Below the pieces are notes generated by a model. The model did no database searches and was not told the DNA's origin. It worked only from the letters and a program-made list of their open reading frames with translations. Both the position numbers and the translations under genes were made by a program. Shown here piece by piece: positions 21,975 to 32,623 of a stretch of 64,000 nucleotides of DNA. Every line of letters starts with the position of its first letter. Positions within the stretch are counted from its first letter, which is position 1. The stretch spans positions 160,001 to 224,000 of the forward strand of contig JASGHJ010000002.1 in the NCBI GenBank assembly GCA_047602405.1. The letters are read 5' to 3'. The stretch is from Anaeromyxobacteraceae bacterium (GTDB taxonomy: Bacteria; Myxococcota; Myxococcia; Myxococcales; Anaeromyxobacteraceae).

Positions 21975-23582
21975 TCACCGCCGCTCGGGCCACCCGCGGC
22001 GGCGGTCGCGCAGCATCTCGCGCGCGGCGTTGTAGCCGCAGATGCCCATCACGCCGCCGCCGGGGTGCGTGGCGGCGCCGCACAGGTAGAGGTTGCGGAT
22101 CGGCGTGCGGTAGTCGGAGAGGCCTGGCAGCGGGCGCATGAAGAGGAGCTGCGGGATCGTCATCGCACCCTGGAAGATGTTGCCGCCGGTGAGGCCGAAG
22201 CGCGCCTCGAGGTCCGGCGGCGCGAGCACCTCGCGGTGCAGCACGGAGGCCTTGAAGCCCGGGGCGTACTCCTCGAGCACGTCGAAGCAGCGGTCTGCGA
22301 AGCGGTCGCGCTCGGTGTCCCAGCTCCCTTGCGCGAGCTTGTAAGGCGCGTACTGCACGAACATCGACATGACGTGCTTGCCGGGCGGGGCGACGGTGGG
22401 GTCGACGACCGACGGGATGGTGCACTCGAGGATCGGGTCGGACGACGGCCGCCCGGCGCGCGCGTCGTCGAAGGCCTTCTCGAGGTAGTCCATCGTCGGC
22501 GACACGTGGATGGTGCCGCGGTGCCAGGGCTGCGGGCCCGCGCCGGGGCGCGCCCGGAAGTTCGGGACCGCGTCCAGCGCGACGTTGATCTTCACCGTGC
22601 CCGACGAGTAGTCGATCGCCTTCGCGCCGTCGGCGATCTCGGTTGGGAGATGCTTCTCCCCGACGAGCCCGAGGAGCGTGCGCGTCGCGTCGGCGTTCGA
22701 GGCGACCCGCTTCGCCCGGAGCTCGGTGCCGTCGCCGAGCACGACCCCGATGGCGGTCCCGCCCTCGACGAGGATCCGCGCGACGGGCGCGTTCACCCGG
22801 ATCTCCGCGCCCGCGGCGCGCGCCGCGGAGGCGATGGCCTCGGAGAGCCTGCCCATCCCGCCCTTCACGTAGCCCCACACGCCGCGGACGCCGTCGGTCT
22901 CGCCCATGACGTGGTGGAACAGCACGTAGGCGGTGCCCGGCGTCGAGGGGGACGCCCACGCGCCGATGATCGCGTCGGTCGCGAGCGTGGCCTTGAGCCC
23001 GTCGGACTCGAACCAGCGATCGAGGATCTGCCGCGCCGAGCCGGTCAGGACCTCGAGCGCGGCCGGGCCGTCCTTCCCGAGCGCGAGGAAGCGCCAGCCG
23101 GTGCGCCCGAGCCGGACGAGGTCGCCGAGGCGGCGGGCGAACGGGTCGGGCGGCGTCTCCACCAGGGTCGGCTCGATCGCGGCGGCGATCCGCTCGAGCA
23201 TGGCCTCGTAGCGCGGTAGACGCTCCGCGTCGCGAGGGGAGAGCTTCGACACCTCGGAGAGGGTCATCGCCCGGTCGGGGCCCATGAGCAGCGACCGGCC
23301 GTCGGGGAAGGGCGTGAAGGATGAGGGGTCCCGCTTCAGCACCTGGTAGCCGTGCCGGGCGAGCTCGAGGTCCCGGACGATCTCGGGACGGAAGAGGCTG
23401 ACCACGTAAGCGGCCGTGGACACGTGGAAGCCGGGCCAGCGCTCCTCGGTCGTGCAGGCGCCGCCGACCCGGTCGCGGCCCTCGAGGACCAGCACCTTCT
23501 CGCCGGCCTTCGCGAGGTACGCCGCGAGCACGAGGCCGTTGTGGCCGGCGCCGACCACGATGGTGTCGAAGGAGGTGGACAT
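21975..23582 (-). CDS. Phytoene desaturase-like FAD-dependent oxidoreductase
   Basis: VVGAGHNGL Rossmann motif, GGMG, GGNIFQG, LYLCGAATHPGGGV; start ATG 23582. Confidence 0.92.
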   Translation of the reverse strand: MSTSFDTIVVGAGHNGLVLAAYLAKAGEKVLVLEGRDRVGGACTTEERWPGFHVSTAAYVVSLFRPEIVRDLELARHGYQVLKRDPSSFTPFPDGRSLLMGPDRAMTLSEVSKLSPRDAERLPRYEAMLERIAAAIEPTLVETPPDPFARRLGDLVRLGRTGWRFLALGKDGPAALEVLTGSARQILDRWFESDGLKATLATDAIIGAWASPSTPGTAYVLFHHVMGETDGVRGVWGYVKGGMGRLSEAIASAARAAGAEIRVNAPVARILVEGGTAIGVVLGDGTELRAKRVASNADATRTLLGLVGEKHLPTEIADGAKAIDYSSGTVKINVALDAVPNFRARPGAGPQPWHRGTIHVSPTMDYLEKAFDDARAGRPSSDPILECTIPSVVDPTVAPPGKHVMSMFVQYAPYKLAQGSWDTERDRFADRCFDVLEEYAPGFKASVLHREVLAPPDLEARFGLTGGNIFQGAMTIPQLLFMRPLPGLSDYRTPIRNLYLCGAATHPGGGVMGICGYNAAREMLRDRRRGWPERR

Positions 23583-23746
23583 GCGGGGACCCTTCGTCAG
23601 GCGCTGCGCGGTGAGGTGCGGTGGGGAGCTCACGCTAACACGCCTACCCCTGGCGGGATCCGATAGCGCCCGGCACCGGGCGGGGGCTGTGAGGGTGGTC
23701 ACAGTCTTGGACGAGGGGCTCGTTTAGAACGAATCTAACGAACCGC

Positions 23747-24493
23747 ATGGGCCTCTCGTACATCGCGCTCGGCGTCGGAGACGCCTTCTCGGCCCGGCAC
23801 TACTCGGCGTGCCTCGCCGTGGAGTCCGGGGGGCGCTGGCTGCTCATCGACTGCCCGCACCCGATCAGGAAGGTGCTCCGCGAGGGCTCGCTCGAGTCGC
23901 AGGCGGGGCTCGACGTCGGGAGCTTCGAAGCGGTCGTCATCACGCACATCCACGGCGACCACTGCTCGGGCCTCGAGGGCTTCGGCCTCTACGCGTACTT
24001 CGCGCTCCACCGCCGGGTGATGCTCGCGATGCACCCCGAGTCGTCGAGGCGCCTGTGGGACGGGCGGCTCGCCGGCGGCATGGAGTCGATCGCCGACAAC
24101 CAGACCTGGGGCCCGGTGCCGCGGTCGTTCGCCGACTACTTCGACCTCACCGCGCTCGACGACACGAGGCCCGTCCAGATCGGGCCGTTCCGGGTCGAGG
24201 CCCGCCGGACGCTGCACCACGTGCCGACCTACGCGCTCCGGATCCACGCCGGCGGCAAGACGCTCGGCGTCTCCGCCGACACGGCCTACGACCCCGGCCT
24301 CATCGACTGGCTCTCCGGCTGCGACGCGATCGTCCACGAGACCGGGCACGGCATCCACACGCCCTACGCGAAGCTCGCGGCGCTCCCGGCGGAGCTCCGC
24401 CGGAAGATGCGGCTCACGCACATGCCGGACGATCTCGACCTCTCCGACGGGAAGGTCGAGCCGCTCGTGCAGGGCAGGAGATACGGGGTGTAG
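23747..24493 (+). CDS. Metallo-beta-lactamase-fold hydrolase (RNase Z-like)
   Basis: LGVGDAF, LIDC, THIHGDH, SADT, HET, LTH. Confidence 0.88.
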   Translation: MGLSYIALGVGDAFSARHYSACLAVESGGRWLLIDCPHPIRKVLREGSLESQAGLDVGSFEAVVITHIHGDHCSGLEGFGLYAYFALHRRVMLAMHPESSRRLWDGRLAGGMESIADNQTWGPVPRSFADYFDLTALDDTRPVQIGPFRVEARRTLHHVPTYALRIHAGGKTLGVSADTAYDPGLIDWLSGCDAIVHETGHGIHTPYAKLAALPAELRRKMRLTHMPDDLDLSDGKVEPLVQGRRYGV

Positions 24494-24500
24494 CCCGGGC

Positions 24501-24556
24501 CCGCTCGTCCTTCGACTTCGGGCCCGCTTCGCGGGCCCTACGCTCAGGATGAGCGG
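24501..24556 (+). repeat. REP-like palindromic element, copy 1
   Basis: CCGCTCGTCCTTCGACTTCGGGCCCGCTTCGCGGGCCCTACGCTCAGGATGAGCGG between convergent genes. Confidence 0.85.
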
Positions 24557-24567
24557 ACTCTCGGAAG

Positions 24568-26205
24568 CTATGCCCTGCCCGACAGGTGTCTGAGGCCCGG
24601 GCCCTCGCGGCCGGTGCTCGCGACGTACTCCCGGTAGCCGCCGCCGTACGGCACCGCGCCCTCCGGCGCGAGCTCGAGCACCCGGTTCGAGAGCGCGGCC
24701 AGGAAGCGCCGGTCGTGCGAGACGAAGATCATCGTGCCCTCGTAACCCGAGAGCGCGCGGACCAGCATCTCCTTCGTCCCGACGTCGAGGTGGTTCGTGG
24801 GCTCGTCGAGGACGAGCAGGTTGGGCGGATCGTAGAGGAGCGTGGCGAGCACGAGCCGCGCCCGCTCGCCGCCGGAGAGCACCCGGCACTTCTTCTCGAT
24901 GGCGTCCCCGGAGAAGCCGAAGCAGCCGGCGAGCGTGCGGAGCGAGCCGATCGAGGCGCGCGGGAACCGGTCCTGGAGCGTGTCCCAGACGGTCTTCTCG
25001 CCCTCGAGGAGCTCCATCGCGTGCTGGGCGAAGTAGCCCATCTTCACGCTGCCCCCCACGGTGACCTCGCCCTGGTCCGCCTTCGACTCGCCGGCCACGA
25101 GCTTGAGGAGCGTGGTCTTCCCGGCGCCGTTCGCGCCGAGGATGCACCAGCGCTCGCCGCGGCGGACCAGGAGGTCCAGGCCGTCGTAGACCTTCCGCTG
25201 GCCGTAGGCCTTCTTGATGCCGGCGAGCCGCACCACGTCCTCGCCGGAGCGGGGCGGGGCGCGGAACTCGAACTCGACGGTCTTGCGGGTCGGCGGCGGC
25301 TCGACCTTCTCGATCTTGTCGAGCTTCTTCACCCGGGACTGGACCTGGGCGGCGTGCGAGGCGCGCGCCTTGAAGCGCTCGATGAAGGCGAGCTCCTTCT
25401 TGAGCATCGCCTGCTGGCGCTCGTACTGGGCCTGCTGGTGGGACTCGGCGATGGCCCGCTCGCGCTCGTAGAAGTCGTAGTCGCCCGAGTAGGTGGTGAG
25501 CTCGCCGCCGTCGATCTCGATGATCTTCGTGATGACCCGGTTCATGAACTCGCGGTCGTGCGAGGTCATGAGCACCGCGCCCTCGTAGGCGTGCAGGAAC
25601 TCCTCGAGCCAGATGATCGACTCGAGGTCGAGGTGGTTGGTGGGCTCGTCGAGGAGCAGCGCGTCGGGCCGCATGAGCAGGATGCGCGCGAGCGCGACCC
25701 GCATCTTCCAGCCGCCGGAGAGCGCGCCGACGTCGCCGTCCTGCATCTCGGGCGAGAACCCGAGCCCGGCGAGGACCTCGCGGGCCCTCGCCTCGAGCGC
25801 GTACCCGCCGAGCTCGTCGAAGCGGGCCTGCACCTGCCCGAAGCGCTCGACGAGCGCCTCCAGCTCGTCGGCCCGGTCCGGGTCGGCGAGCGCGTGCTCG
25901 AGCCGGTGCAGCTCGGCCGCGACCTCGGAGACCGGGCCGGCGCCGTCCATCGTCTCCTCGACGGCGGAGCGGCCCTTCATCTCGCCCACGTCCTGGCCGA
26001 AGTGGCCGACGGTGACGCCGCGGTCGACGGAGACGGAGCCCTCGTCGGGCGCCTCGTCGCGGGTGACGAGGCGGAAGAGGGTGGACTTGCCGGCGCCGTT
26101 CGGGCCGACGAGGCCCACCTTCTCGCCCCGGTGGACGACGGCAGAGGCCTCGATGAAGAGGACCTGCTTGCCGTGCTGCATGGAGATGCCGTCGAAGCGG
26201 ATCAC
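24568..26205 (-). CDS. ABC-F family ATP-binding protein
   Basis: Two ABC domains (GPNGAGKS/LSGGW; GANGAGKT/LSGGE; DEPTNHLD twice), no TM segments. Confidence 0.95.
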   Translation of the reverse strand: MIRFDGISMQHGKQVLFIEASAVVHRGEKVGLVGPNGAGKSTLFRLVTRDEAPDEGSVSVDRGVTVGHFGQDVGEMKGRSAVEETMDGAGPVSEVAAELHRLEHALADPDRADELEALVERFGQVQARFDELGGYALEARAREVLAGLGFSPEMQDGDVGALSGGWKMRVALARILLMRPDALLLDEPTNHLDLESIIWLEEFLHAYEGAVLMTSHDREFMNRVITKIIEIDGGELTTYSGDYDFYERERAIAESHQQAQYERQQAMLKKELAFIERFKARASHAAQVQSRVKKLDKIEKVEPPPTRKTVEFEFRAPPRSGEDVVRLAGIKKAYGQRKVYDGLDLLVRRGERWCILGANGAGKTTLLKLVAGESKADQGEVTVGGSVKMGYFAQHAMELLEGEKTVWDTLQDRFPRASIGSLRTLAGCFGFSGDAIEKKCRVLSGGERARLVLATLLYDPPNLLVLDEPTNHLDVGTKEMLVRALSGYEGTMIFVSHDRRFLAALSNRVLELAPEGAVPYGGGYREYVASTGREGPGLRHLSGRA

Positions 26206-26206
26206 G

Positions 26207-29200
26207 TTACTTGGCCACCGAGTGCAGTGCGCCGGCCGCGGCGGAGTCCTCGTCCTTGCCCTCGATCTTCGCCGGGTGCCAGAACCGCTGGCGGAGCCCG
26301 TCGAGGAGCGAGTAGACGACCGGCACGATGCCGAGCGTGAGCACCGTGGAGGTGAGGAGGCCGCCGATGACGGTGACCGCCATCGGGACGCGGATCTCTG
26401 CGCCGTCGCCCGTCGCGAGCGCGACCGGGATCATGCCGGCGATCATCGCGACCGAGGTCATGAGGATCGGGCGCAGGCGGATCGGGCCGGCCTCGAGGAG
26501 GGCCTCCTTCGTGGACTTCCCGGCCTCCTTGAGCTGGTTCGTGAACTCGACGAGGAGGATGCCGTTCTTCGTCACGAGCCCCATCAGCATGATGAAGCCG
26601 ATCATGGCCATCATCGACATGTACTGCCCGGCGATGAGCAGGCCGCCGAGCCCGCCGATGACGGCGAAGGGCAGCGACATCATGATCGTGAACGGGTGCA
26701 CGAGGCTCTCGAACTGCGCCGCGAGCACGATGTAGACGAGCACGATGCCGAGGAGCAGCGCCATGCCGAAGGCCTTGCCGGCCTTGCCGAGCTCCCGGGC
26801 CTGGCCCTCGAAGTCGTAGGTGACGCCGAGGGGCTTCAGCTCCTTGTCCGCGAAGGCCGTGAGGTCGGCGGTGGCCTGACCCATCGCGTAACCCTTCAGC
26901 TCGGCGAGCATCGTCACCTGGCGGATCTGCGCCTGGTGCTCGATCTGCGACGGGCCGAGCGCCGGCACGACGCTCGCGACCGCGCGGAGCTCCACGAGCT
27001 GGCCGGACGGCGCGCGCACCGGGACCGAGCCGAGCGCGCCGGGGTCGGCGAGCACGGCGGGCGGCAAGCGGACCTTGATGTCGTAGGTCTCGCCGCGGCT
27101 GCGGAAGTCGGCGACCTTGTCGCCGCCCATCAGCGCGCGGACGTTCTGGCCCAGCATGGCGGCCGGGATGCCGACCGAGGCGGCGCGCTCGCGGTCCACC
27201 TCGACCTCGAGCTGCGGCTTGCCGGTGCGCCAGGTGGTGTCGACGTCCACGTAGCCCTTGTTCGCGAGCATGTGCGCGCGGGTCTTCTCGACGGCCTGGA
27301 GGAGCTTCTCCTGATCGTAGGTGCGCAGGTTGAACTGCACCGGCTGCGAGCGGTTGCCGCCGCCCGCCATCGGGTTGTAGTCCTGCACCGAGACGATCGC
27401 GGTCGGGCTGGAGCGGAGCGTGGCGCGCAGGTGGCTCTTCAGCTGGTCCTGCCCGTAGGTGCGCTGCTTGCGCGGGACGAAGTCCACCAGGATCTCGCCC
27501 TTGTTGACCTCCTCGAGCGCGCCGCCGCCGACCGTTGCGAAGGTCTCCCTCACGCCGGGGACGGCGAGCGCCTGGCGCGAGAGGTCGTCGAGCTGGCGGC
27601 GGGTCTCCTCGAGCGTGGTGCCGGACGGCAGCTCGAGGGTGACCTTCACGAGCGACATGTCCTGCGTCGGGATGAAGGTCGTCTTGAGGAAGCGGGCCAT
27701 GCCGAACGTCGCGAGGAGCACGACCGTGGCCACGGCCATGGTGACGGCGCGGTGGTCGAGCACCCACCCGAGCGCACGGCGGTAGATCCGCTCGATCCGG
27801 GTGAGGAAGCCCTCGATGGCGGCGAAGACCGGGCCGTGCGCCTCGTGGGTGCGGAGCACGCGGGCGGAGAACATCGGCGTGAGCGTCATCGAGACCGCGT
27901 ACGAGATGAGCACCGCGACCGCGACGGTGACGCCGAACTGGTAGAAGAACCGGCCCATCATGCCCTCCATGAAGGCGACGGGCACGAACACGGCCACGAC
28001 CGACAGCGTCACCGCGAGCACGGCGAGGGCGATCTCGCTCGTGCCCTTGCGGGCGGCCTCCCAGGGCGACTCGCCGTGCTCGATGTGGCGGACGATGTTC
28101 TCGATCACGACGATCGCGTCGTCGATGAGGAGGCCGATCGAGAGGGTGAGCGCCAGCATCGTCACGACGTTGAAGGTGAAGTCGAGCGCGTGCATCACCG
28201 CGAAGGTGCCGACGATGGAGGTCGGCAGCGCGACCGCGGAGACGAGGGTCGAGCGCCAGTTGCGCAGGAAGATGAGGACGACGAGCACGGCGAGGATGCC
28301 GCCGATGACCATGTCCTCCTTCACCGAGTCGATGGACCCCTTGATGAACTTCGCGCCGTCGAAGACGAGCTTGACCTCGCCGCCCTTCGGGAGCTGGGCC
28401 TGGAGCCGCGGGAGCGCCTGCTTGATCACCTCCGCGACCTCGACGGTGTTGGCGCCCGACTGCTTCTTGATGACGAGGCCGAGGGCGGCGCGGTCGCCGA
28501 GGCGGGCCGAGGAGCGGGCCTCGGCGGGGCCGTCGATGACCTGGGCGACGTCGCCGAGCCGGACGGGCACGCCGCCCGGGCTCGCCACCACGATGGACCG
28601 GAGCTCCTCGACGGTGTGGGCCTCGCCGGCGAGCTTCACCGTGCGCTCCACGCCCGCCTCGAGCGTGCGGCCGCCGGGGACGTCGACGTTCTGCGCCTTC
28701 AGCGCGTTCACGACGTCGGAGGGGGCGAGCCCGACGCCCTTCAGCGCGGAGGGGTCCACCACCACGTTGATCTCGCGCTTCTGCCCGCCGAGCACGTCCA
28801 CCGACCCCACCCCCGCGACCTGCTGGAGGCTCGGCTTCAGCACGTCGTCGGCGAGCCGGGTCAGCTCCTCGATCGGCACCGGCGCCGAGAAGGCGAGGGT
28901 GACGATGGGGAGCGAGCCGAGGTCGAGCTTCTGGACGATGGGGGTCTGGATCTCGCGGGGGAGCTTCGAGAGCGTCGCCTGGACCTTGTCGCGCACGTCC
29001 TGGGCGGCGACGTCCGCGTTGCGCTCGAGCTCGAACCGCACGATGACCTGCGAGACGTTCTCGACGTTGACCGAGCGGAGCGTGTCGAGGCCGGTGACGG
29101 TGTTGAGGGCCTCCTCGAGGGGCTTCGTGACCTGCTCCTCGATGGTCTCCGGATCGGCGCCGGGGAGCACGGTGACGACGGTGACGAACGGGAACTCGAC

Positions 29201-29311
29201 CTTGGGGTACTGGTCGACGCCGATTTTCGGGTAGGCGGACAGGCCGAACACGACGACGGCGAGGACGAGCATCCCGGTGAAGACCGGGCGGCTGATGAAG
29301 GTCTTGATCAC
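26207..29311 (-). CDS. RND efflux permease (AcrB/MdtB family)
   Basis: FISRPV, GLLIDDAIVVIENI, KNGILLVEF, RLRPILMTS. Confidence 0.96.
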   Translation of the reverse strand: MIKTFISRPVFTGMLVLAVVVFGLSAYPKIGVDQYPKVEFPFVTVVTVLPGADPETIEEQVTKPLEEALNTVTGLDTLRSVNVENVSQVIVRFELERNADVAAQDVRDKVQATLSKLPREIQTPIVQKLDLGSLPIVTLAFSAPVPIEELTRLADDVLKPSLQQVAGVGSVDVLGGQKREINVVVDPSALKGVGLAPSDVVNALKAQNVDVPGGRTLEAGVERTVKLAGEAHTVEELRSIVVASPGGVPVRLGDVAQVIDGPAEARSSARLGDRAALGLVIKKQSGANTVEVAEVIKQALPRLQAQLPKGGEVKLVFDGAKFIKGSIDSVKEDMVIGGILAVLVVLIFLRNWRSTLVSAVALPTSIVGTFAVMHALDFTFNVVTMLALTLSIGLLIDDAIVVIENIVRHIEHGESPWEAARKGTSEIALAVLAVTLSVVAVFVPVAFMEGMMGRFFYQFGVTVAVAVLISYAVSMTLTPMFSARVLRTHEAHGPVFAAIEGFLTRIERIYRRALGWVLDHRAVTMAVATVVLLATFGMARFLKTTFIPTQDMSLVKVTLELPSGTTLEETRRQLDDLSRQALAVPGVRETFATVGGGALEEVNKGEILVDFVPRKQRTYGQDQLKSHLRATLRSSPTAIVSVQDYNPMAGGGNRSQPVQFNLRTYDQEKLLQAVEKTRAHMLANKGYVDVDTTWRTGKPQLEVEVDRERAASVGIPAAMLGQNVRALMGGDKVADFRSRGETYDIKVRLPPAVLADPGALGSVPVRAPSGQLVELRAVASVVPALGPSQIEHQAQIRQVTMLAELKGYAMGQATADLTAFADKELKPLGVTYDFEGQARELGKAGKAFGMALLLGIVLVYIVLAAQFESLVHPFTIMMSLPFAVIGGLGGLLIAGQYMSMMAMIGFIMLMGLVTKNGILLVEFTNQLKEAGKSTKEALLEAGPIRLRPILMTSVAMIAGMIPVALATGDGAEIRVPMAVTVIGGLLTSTVLTLGIVPVVYSLLDGLRQRFWHPAKIEGKDEDSAAAGALHSVAK

Positions 29312-29329
29312 GGCGGGCTCCTGTTCCTG

Positions 29330-30409
29330 CTAGTCGGCGAGCGGGACGATGGCGTCGCCCGCAGCGAGGGTGCCGGGGTCGAGCACCACCTGCGCGTCGG
29401 GCGCGAGGCCGGACACCGCGACGGTGCCGGGGTTCACGCCGGACGACTTCACGTCGCGGCGCGCGGCCTTGCCGCCGTCCACCACGAGCACGTAGGCGGC
29501 CTGGCCCTCGGTGCGCACCGCGGAGGTGGGGAGGAAGAGGTCACCCTTCACGGCGAAGGCGCCGAGGTCGACGGTGGCGATGGTGCCGGGCTTCAGGCCT
29601 GCGCCCGGGTCCACGTCGGCGAGCACCTCGAGGGTGCGGTTCTGGGGGTCGATCGACGGCCCCTTCGCGCGGACCTTCGCGCCGAACTTCTGGCCGTTGA
29701 GGGTCGCGACGCCGGTGATGGCGGTGCCCGGGTTCGCGAAGGCGGCGAGCGCCTCGGGGACCATCAGGCGGAGCTCCAGGTGGTCGACGTCGGTGATGCC
29801 GACGAGCGGGGTGACCGGGACGGCGCTCACGGTGTCGCCGGCCGCGTGGAAGCGGGCGGTGATGACGCCGTCGAACGGCGCGCGGATGTAGGTGTCGGAG
29901 AGGTTCTGCTCGGCGAGGGCGAGGCCGGCCCGGGCCTGGTCGAGCTGGGCCGCGGCGACGTCGCGCATCGTCTGGGCCTTCTCGAACGCGGCCTGGGCCA
30001 TGCCGTCCTCGCTGCGGAGCGTCTTCGCGCGGGCGAGGTCGCGCTCGGCGTTCGCGAGGTTGGCCTCGGCGAGCTTCACCGCCGCGGTGCCGTTCGCGAC
30101 CTGGATGCGGGCCATCGCGTCGTCCATCTCGACGAGCGTCTGGCCCTTCCTCACCTTGTCGCCGACCTGCACGCGGACCGCCTTCACCTGCCCGGTGCCC
30201 TTCGCGGCGAGGGTCGCCTCGTTGAGCGAGCGGACGGTGCCGGTCGCCTTCGAGAGGCCGGTCTCGACGCGGGCGGACGGCTTCGCCACGCGGACGGCGC
30301 GGGCGGGGGCCTCGCCGGCGGCGGGGAGGGAGGCCTTGTCGCCGTGGCCGGCGCAGGCGGAGAGGGCGAGGGCGGCGGCGGCGACTGCTGCGAGCTGGGT
30401 GCGGGTCAT
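29330..30409 (-). CDS. RND periplasmic adaptor (MFP) lipoprotein
   Basis: Lipobox LSAC; V.VGDKVRKGQ, IRAPFDG. Confidence 0.93.
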   Translation of the reverse strand: MTRTQLAAVAAAALALSACAGHGDKASLPAAGEAPARAVRVAKPSARVETGLSKATGTVRSLNEATLAAKGTGQVKAVRVQVGDKVRKGQTLVEMDDAMARIQVANGTAAVKLAEANLANAERDLARAKTLRSEDGMAQAAFEKAQTMRDVAAAQLDQARAGLALAEQNLSDTYIRAPFDGVITARFHAAGDTVSAVPVTPLVGITDVDHLELRLMVPEALAAFANPGTAITGVATLNGQKFGAKVRAKGPSIDPQNRTLEVLADVDPGAGLKPGTIATVDLGAFAVKGDLFLPTSAVRTEGQAAYVLVVDGGKAARRDVKSSGVNPGTVAVSGLAPDAQVVLDPGTLAAGDAIVPLAD

Positions 30410-30415
30410 GGTCGT

Positions 30416-31069
30416 TCAGGCTCCACGCCGGCCGTCGATCGGCGCGGCGATTCCGTTGAGGACGAGGTCCGCGAGCTGGCGCGGGAGGTCGGGGTCGGGG
30501 GCGGCCCCGTCCTCGGGGCAGCCCAGGAAGGCGAAGGCGAGGCCGGCGATGGCGCGGGCGGCCATCGGGGTGGGCAGGCGGAGCTCGCCCTTCTTCACGT
30601 GGCGGTGCAGCCAGCCGGCCATGTGCCGCTCGTAGAAGGCGAGGCCGGTGTGGCGGCTGCCGAGCTTCTTCCCGAGCGCGGCGAGCGCCTCGGAGGCGTC
30701 CGGCAGGCGGATGAGGGCGATCATGTGCCGGTGGTGCTCGCGGGTCGCGAGCTTCGCCTGCTCGGCGAAGAGCGCCTGCAGCCGGACCGTGAGCGGGAGG
30801 GACGGGTCGGCCGGCGTCGTGAACGTCGCGCCGAAGTCCTCCGCGAGGAGCTCGAGGAGGCTCTGGAAGATCTCCTCCTTGCTCCCGAAGTAGCGGTAGA
30901 GGGAGGGCGCGGCGAAGCCGGCGGCCTCGGCGAGCTCCTGGAGCGTCGCGGCGGCGTAGCCGCGGCGCGAGAACACCTCCGCGGCCGCGAGGAGGATGTC
31001 GCGCCGGGCGTGCTCCCGCGCGCGCTCGCGGCGGGAAGGAACGGAGGGTTCGGTACTGCGAATCGCCAT
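30416..31069 (-). CDS. TetR/AcrR family regulator
   Basis: ILLAAAEVF..GY.AATL.ELAEAAG..SLYRYFGSKEE; start ATG 31069. Confidence 0.93.
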   Translation of the reverse strand: MAIRSTEPSVPSRRERAREHARRDILLAAAEVFSRRGYAAATLQELAEAAGFAAPSLYRYFGSKEEIFQSLLELLAEDFGATFTTPADPSLPLTVRLQALFAEQAKLATREHHRHMIALIRLPDASEALAALGKKLGSRHTGLAFYERHMAGWLHRHVKKGELRLPTPMAARAIAGLAFAFLGCPEDGAAPDPDLPRQLADLVLNGIAAPIDGRRGA

Positions 31070-31073
31070 TCGC
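31058..31073. promoter_or_regulatory. Candidate TetR operator over the tetR start codon
   Basis: GCGAAT-CGCC-ATTCGC inverted repeat; another GCGAAT half-site near 31140. Confidence 0.4.
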
Positions 31074-31200
31074 GTCCGTTTAACACCCGTTCCCCGGGCG
31101 TGCAAGGGGGTTCGCGCGACCCCATCCAGGTTCCGGATCGCGAATACTCCGTCACACGCGGGAAATCAGCGCTTCCGGGAGGGGGCCTACGGTCGGGGGC

Positions 31201-32623
31201 ATGAAGCGCTGCGCACCCGTGGTCCTCGTCCTCCTCCTCTCCGCCGCCTGCGCCGTCGGGCCCCAGTACGTGCGCCCCGAGGGCACCTCCCGGGCGGCCT
31301 GGGCCGGGAGGTCCACCGCCGTCGCCGGCCCCGTCCCGCACGATGGGACCTCGCCCGGCGAGGCCTCGCTCGCCCGCTGGTGGGAGGGGCTCGGCGACCC
31401 GACCCTCACCGCCCTCGTCGAGCGCGCCCGCGCGGGCGGCCTCACGGTCCAGGCGGCCGCCGCGCGGCTCCAGGAGGCCCGCGCCCGGCGCGGCGGCGCC
31501 GCGGCCGACCTCGCCCCGTCCGTCTCGGCCTCCGCGCAGGCGGCGCGGCAGGGCACCCGGGCCGCCTCCGGCGGCGCCTGGCAGGCGCAGTCGACCTGGC
31601 AGGCCGGCCTCGACGCGAGCTGGGAGCTCGATTCTCTTCGGCGGGAAGCGCCGCGCGCTCGAGGCCGCGGGTGCCACCCTTCAGGCCGCGGAGGCGGACG
31701 TCCGCGACGCCGAGGTCAGCCTCGCCGCCGAGGTGGGGCTCGCCTACGTCTCCCTGCGCACCGGGGAGGCGCGCCTCGCGCTCGCGCGCCGCAACCTCGC
31801 GGCGCTCCAGGAGACGGCCGACCTCACCCGCTGGCGCGCCGAAGCCGGCCTCACCACCGCGCTCGACGCCGAGCAGGCGAGGGCGAACCTGGAGCAGGAG
31901 CGCGCCGCGCTCCCGCCGCTCGAGGCGGCCATCGCCTCCGACCGGAATGCGCTCGCGGTGCTCGCGGGCGAGGAGCCGGGCGCGCTCGACGCGCTGCTCG
32001 CGGCGCCGGGCGCGGTTCCGGCGGCGGCGCGGACCGTCGCGGTGGGCGTGCCGGCGTCCGCGCTCGCCCGACGCCCGGACGTCCGCGCCGCGGAGCGCAG
32101 GCTCGCGGCGCAGACCGCCGAGGTCGGCGTGGCGGTCGCGGCCCGGTACCCGTCGCTCACGCTCACGGGCTCCATCGGCCTCGAGGCGCTCACCGCCGGC
32201 CGCCTCGTGACGGGCTCCCTCGCCGCGGGGCTCCTCGCCCCGATCCTCGACGCGGGCCGGCTCGCCCGCGCCGTCGACGCGCAGGAGGCCGCGCTCGTCC
32301 AGGCGCGGGTCGCCTACCGCTCGGCGGTGCTGACGGCGCTCCGGGAGGTCGAGGACGCGCTCGTCGCGCTCGACCGCGAGGAGGCCCGCCGCGCCGCGCT
32401 CGCGACCGCGGCCGACGCCGCCCGCCAGGCGGCCGCGCTCGCCCGGGACCAGTACGGCGCCGGCCTCGCCGCGTTCACCGCCGTGCTCGACGCCGAGCGC
32501 ACGGTCGTGACCGTCGAGGACGCGCTCGCGAGGAGCGACGGCGACGCCGCGTCCGATCTCATCCGCCTCTACAAGGCGCTCGGCGGGGGCTGGACCCCCG
32601 CGAGCAGCCCGGAGTCCACATGA
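31201..32623 (+). CDS. Efflux outer-membrane factor (NodT/OprM family) lipoprotein; apparent +1 frameshift at 31630-31634
   Basis: LSAACAVGP, WW..LGDP, RRPDVRAAE, LYKALGGGW. Removing one T from GATTC restores the conserved SWELDLFG. Confidence 0.92.

Noticed and set aside
25613..31204. 1863-aa plus-strand ORF and similar long ORFs (9839..13204, 13224..15581, 39827..42337)
   Set aside because: Antisense shadows of well-supported genes; stop codons are scarce in high-GC DNA and no motifs are recognisable.
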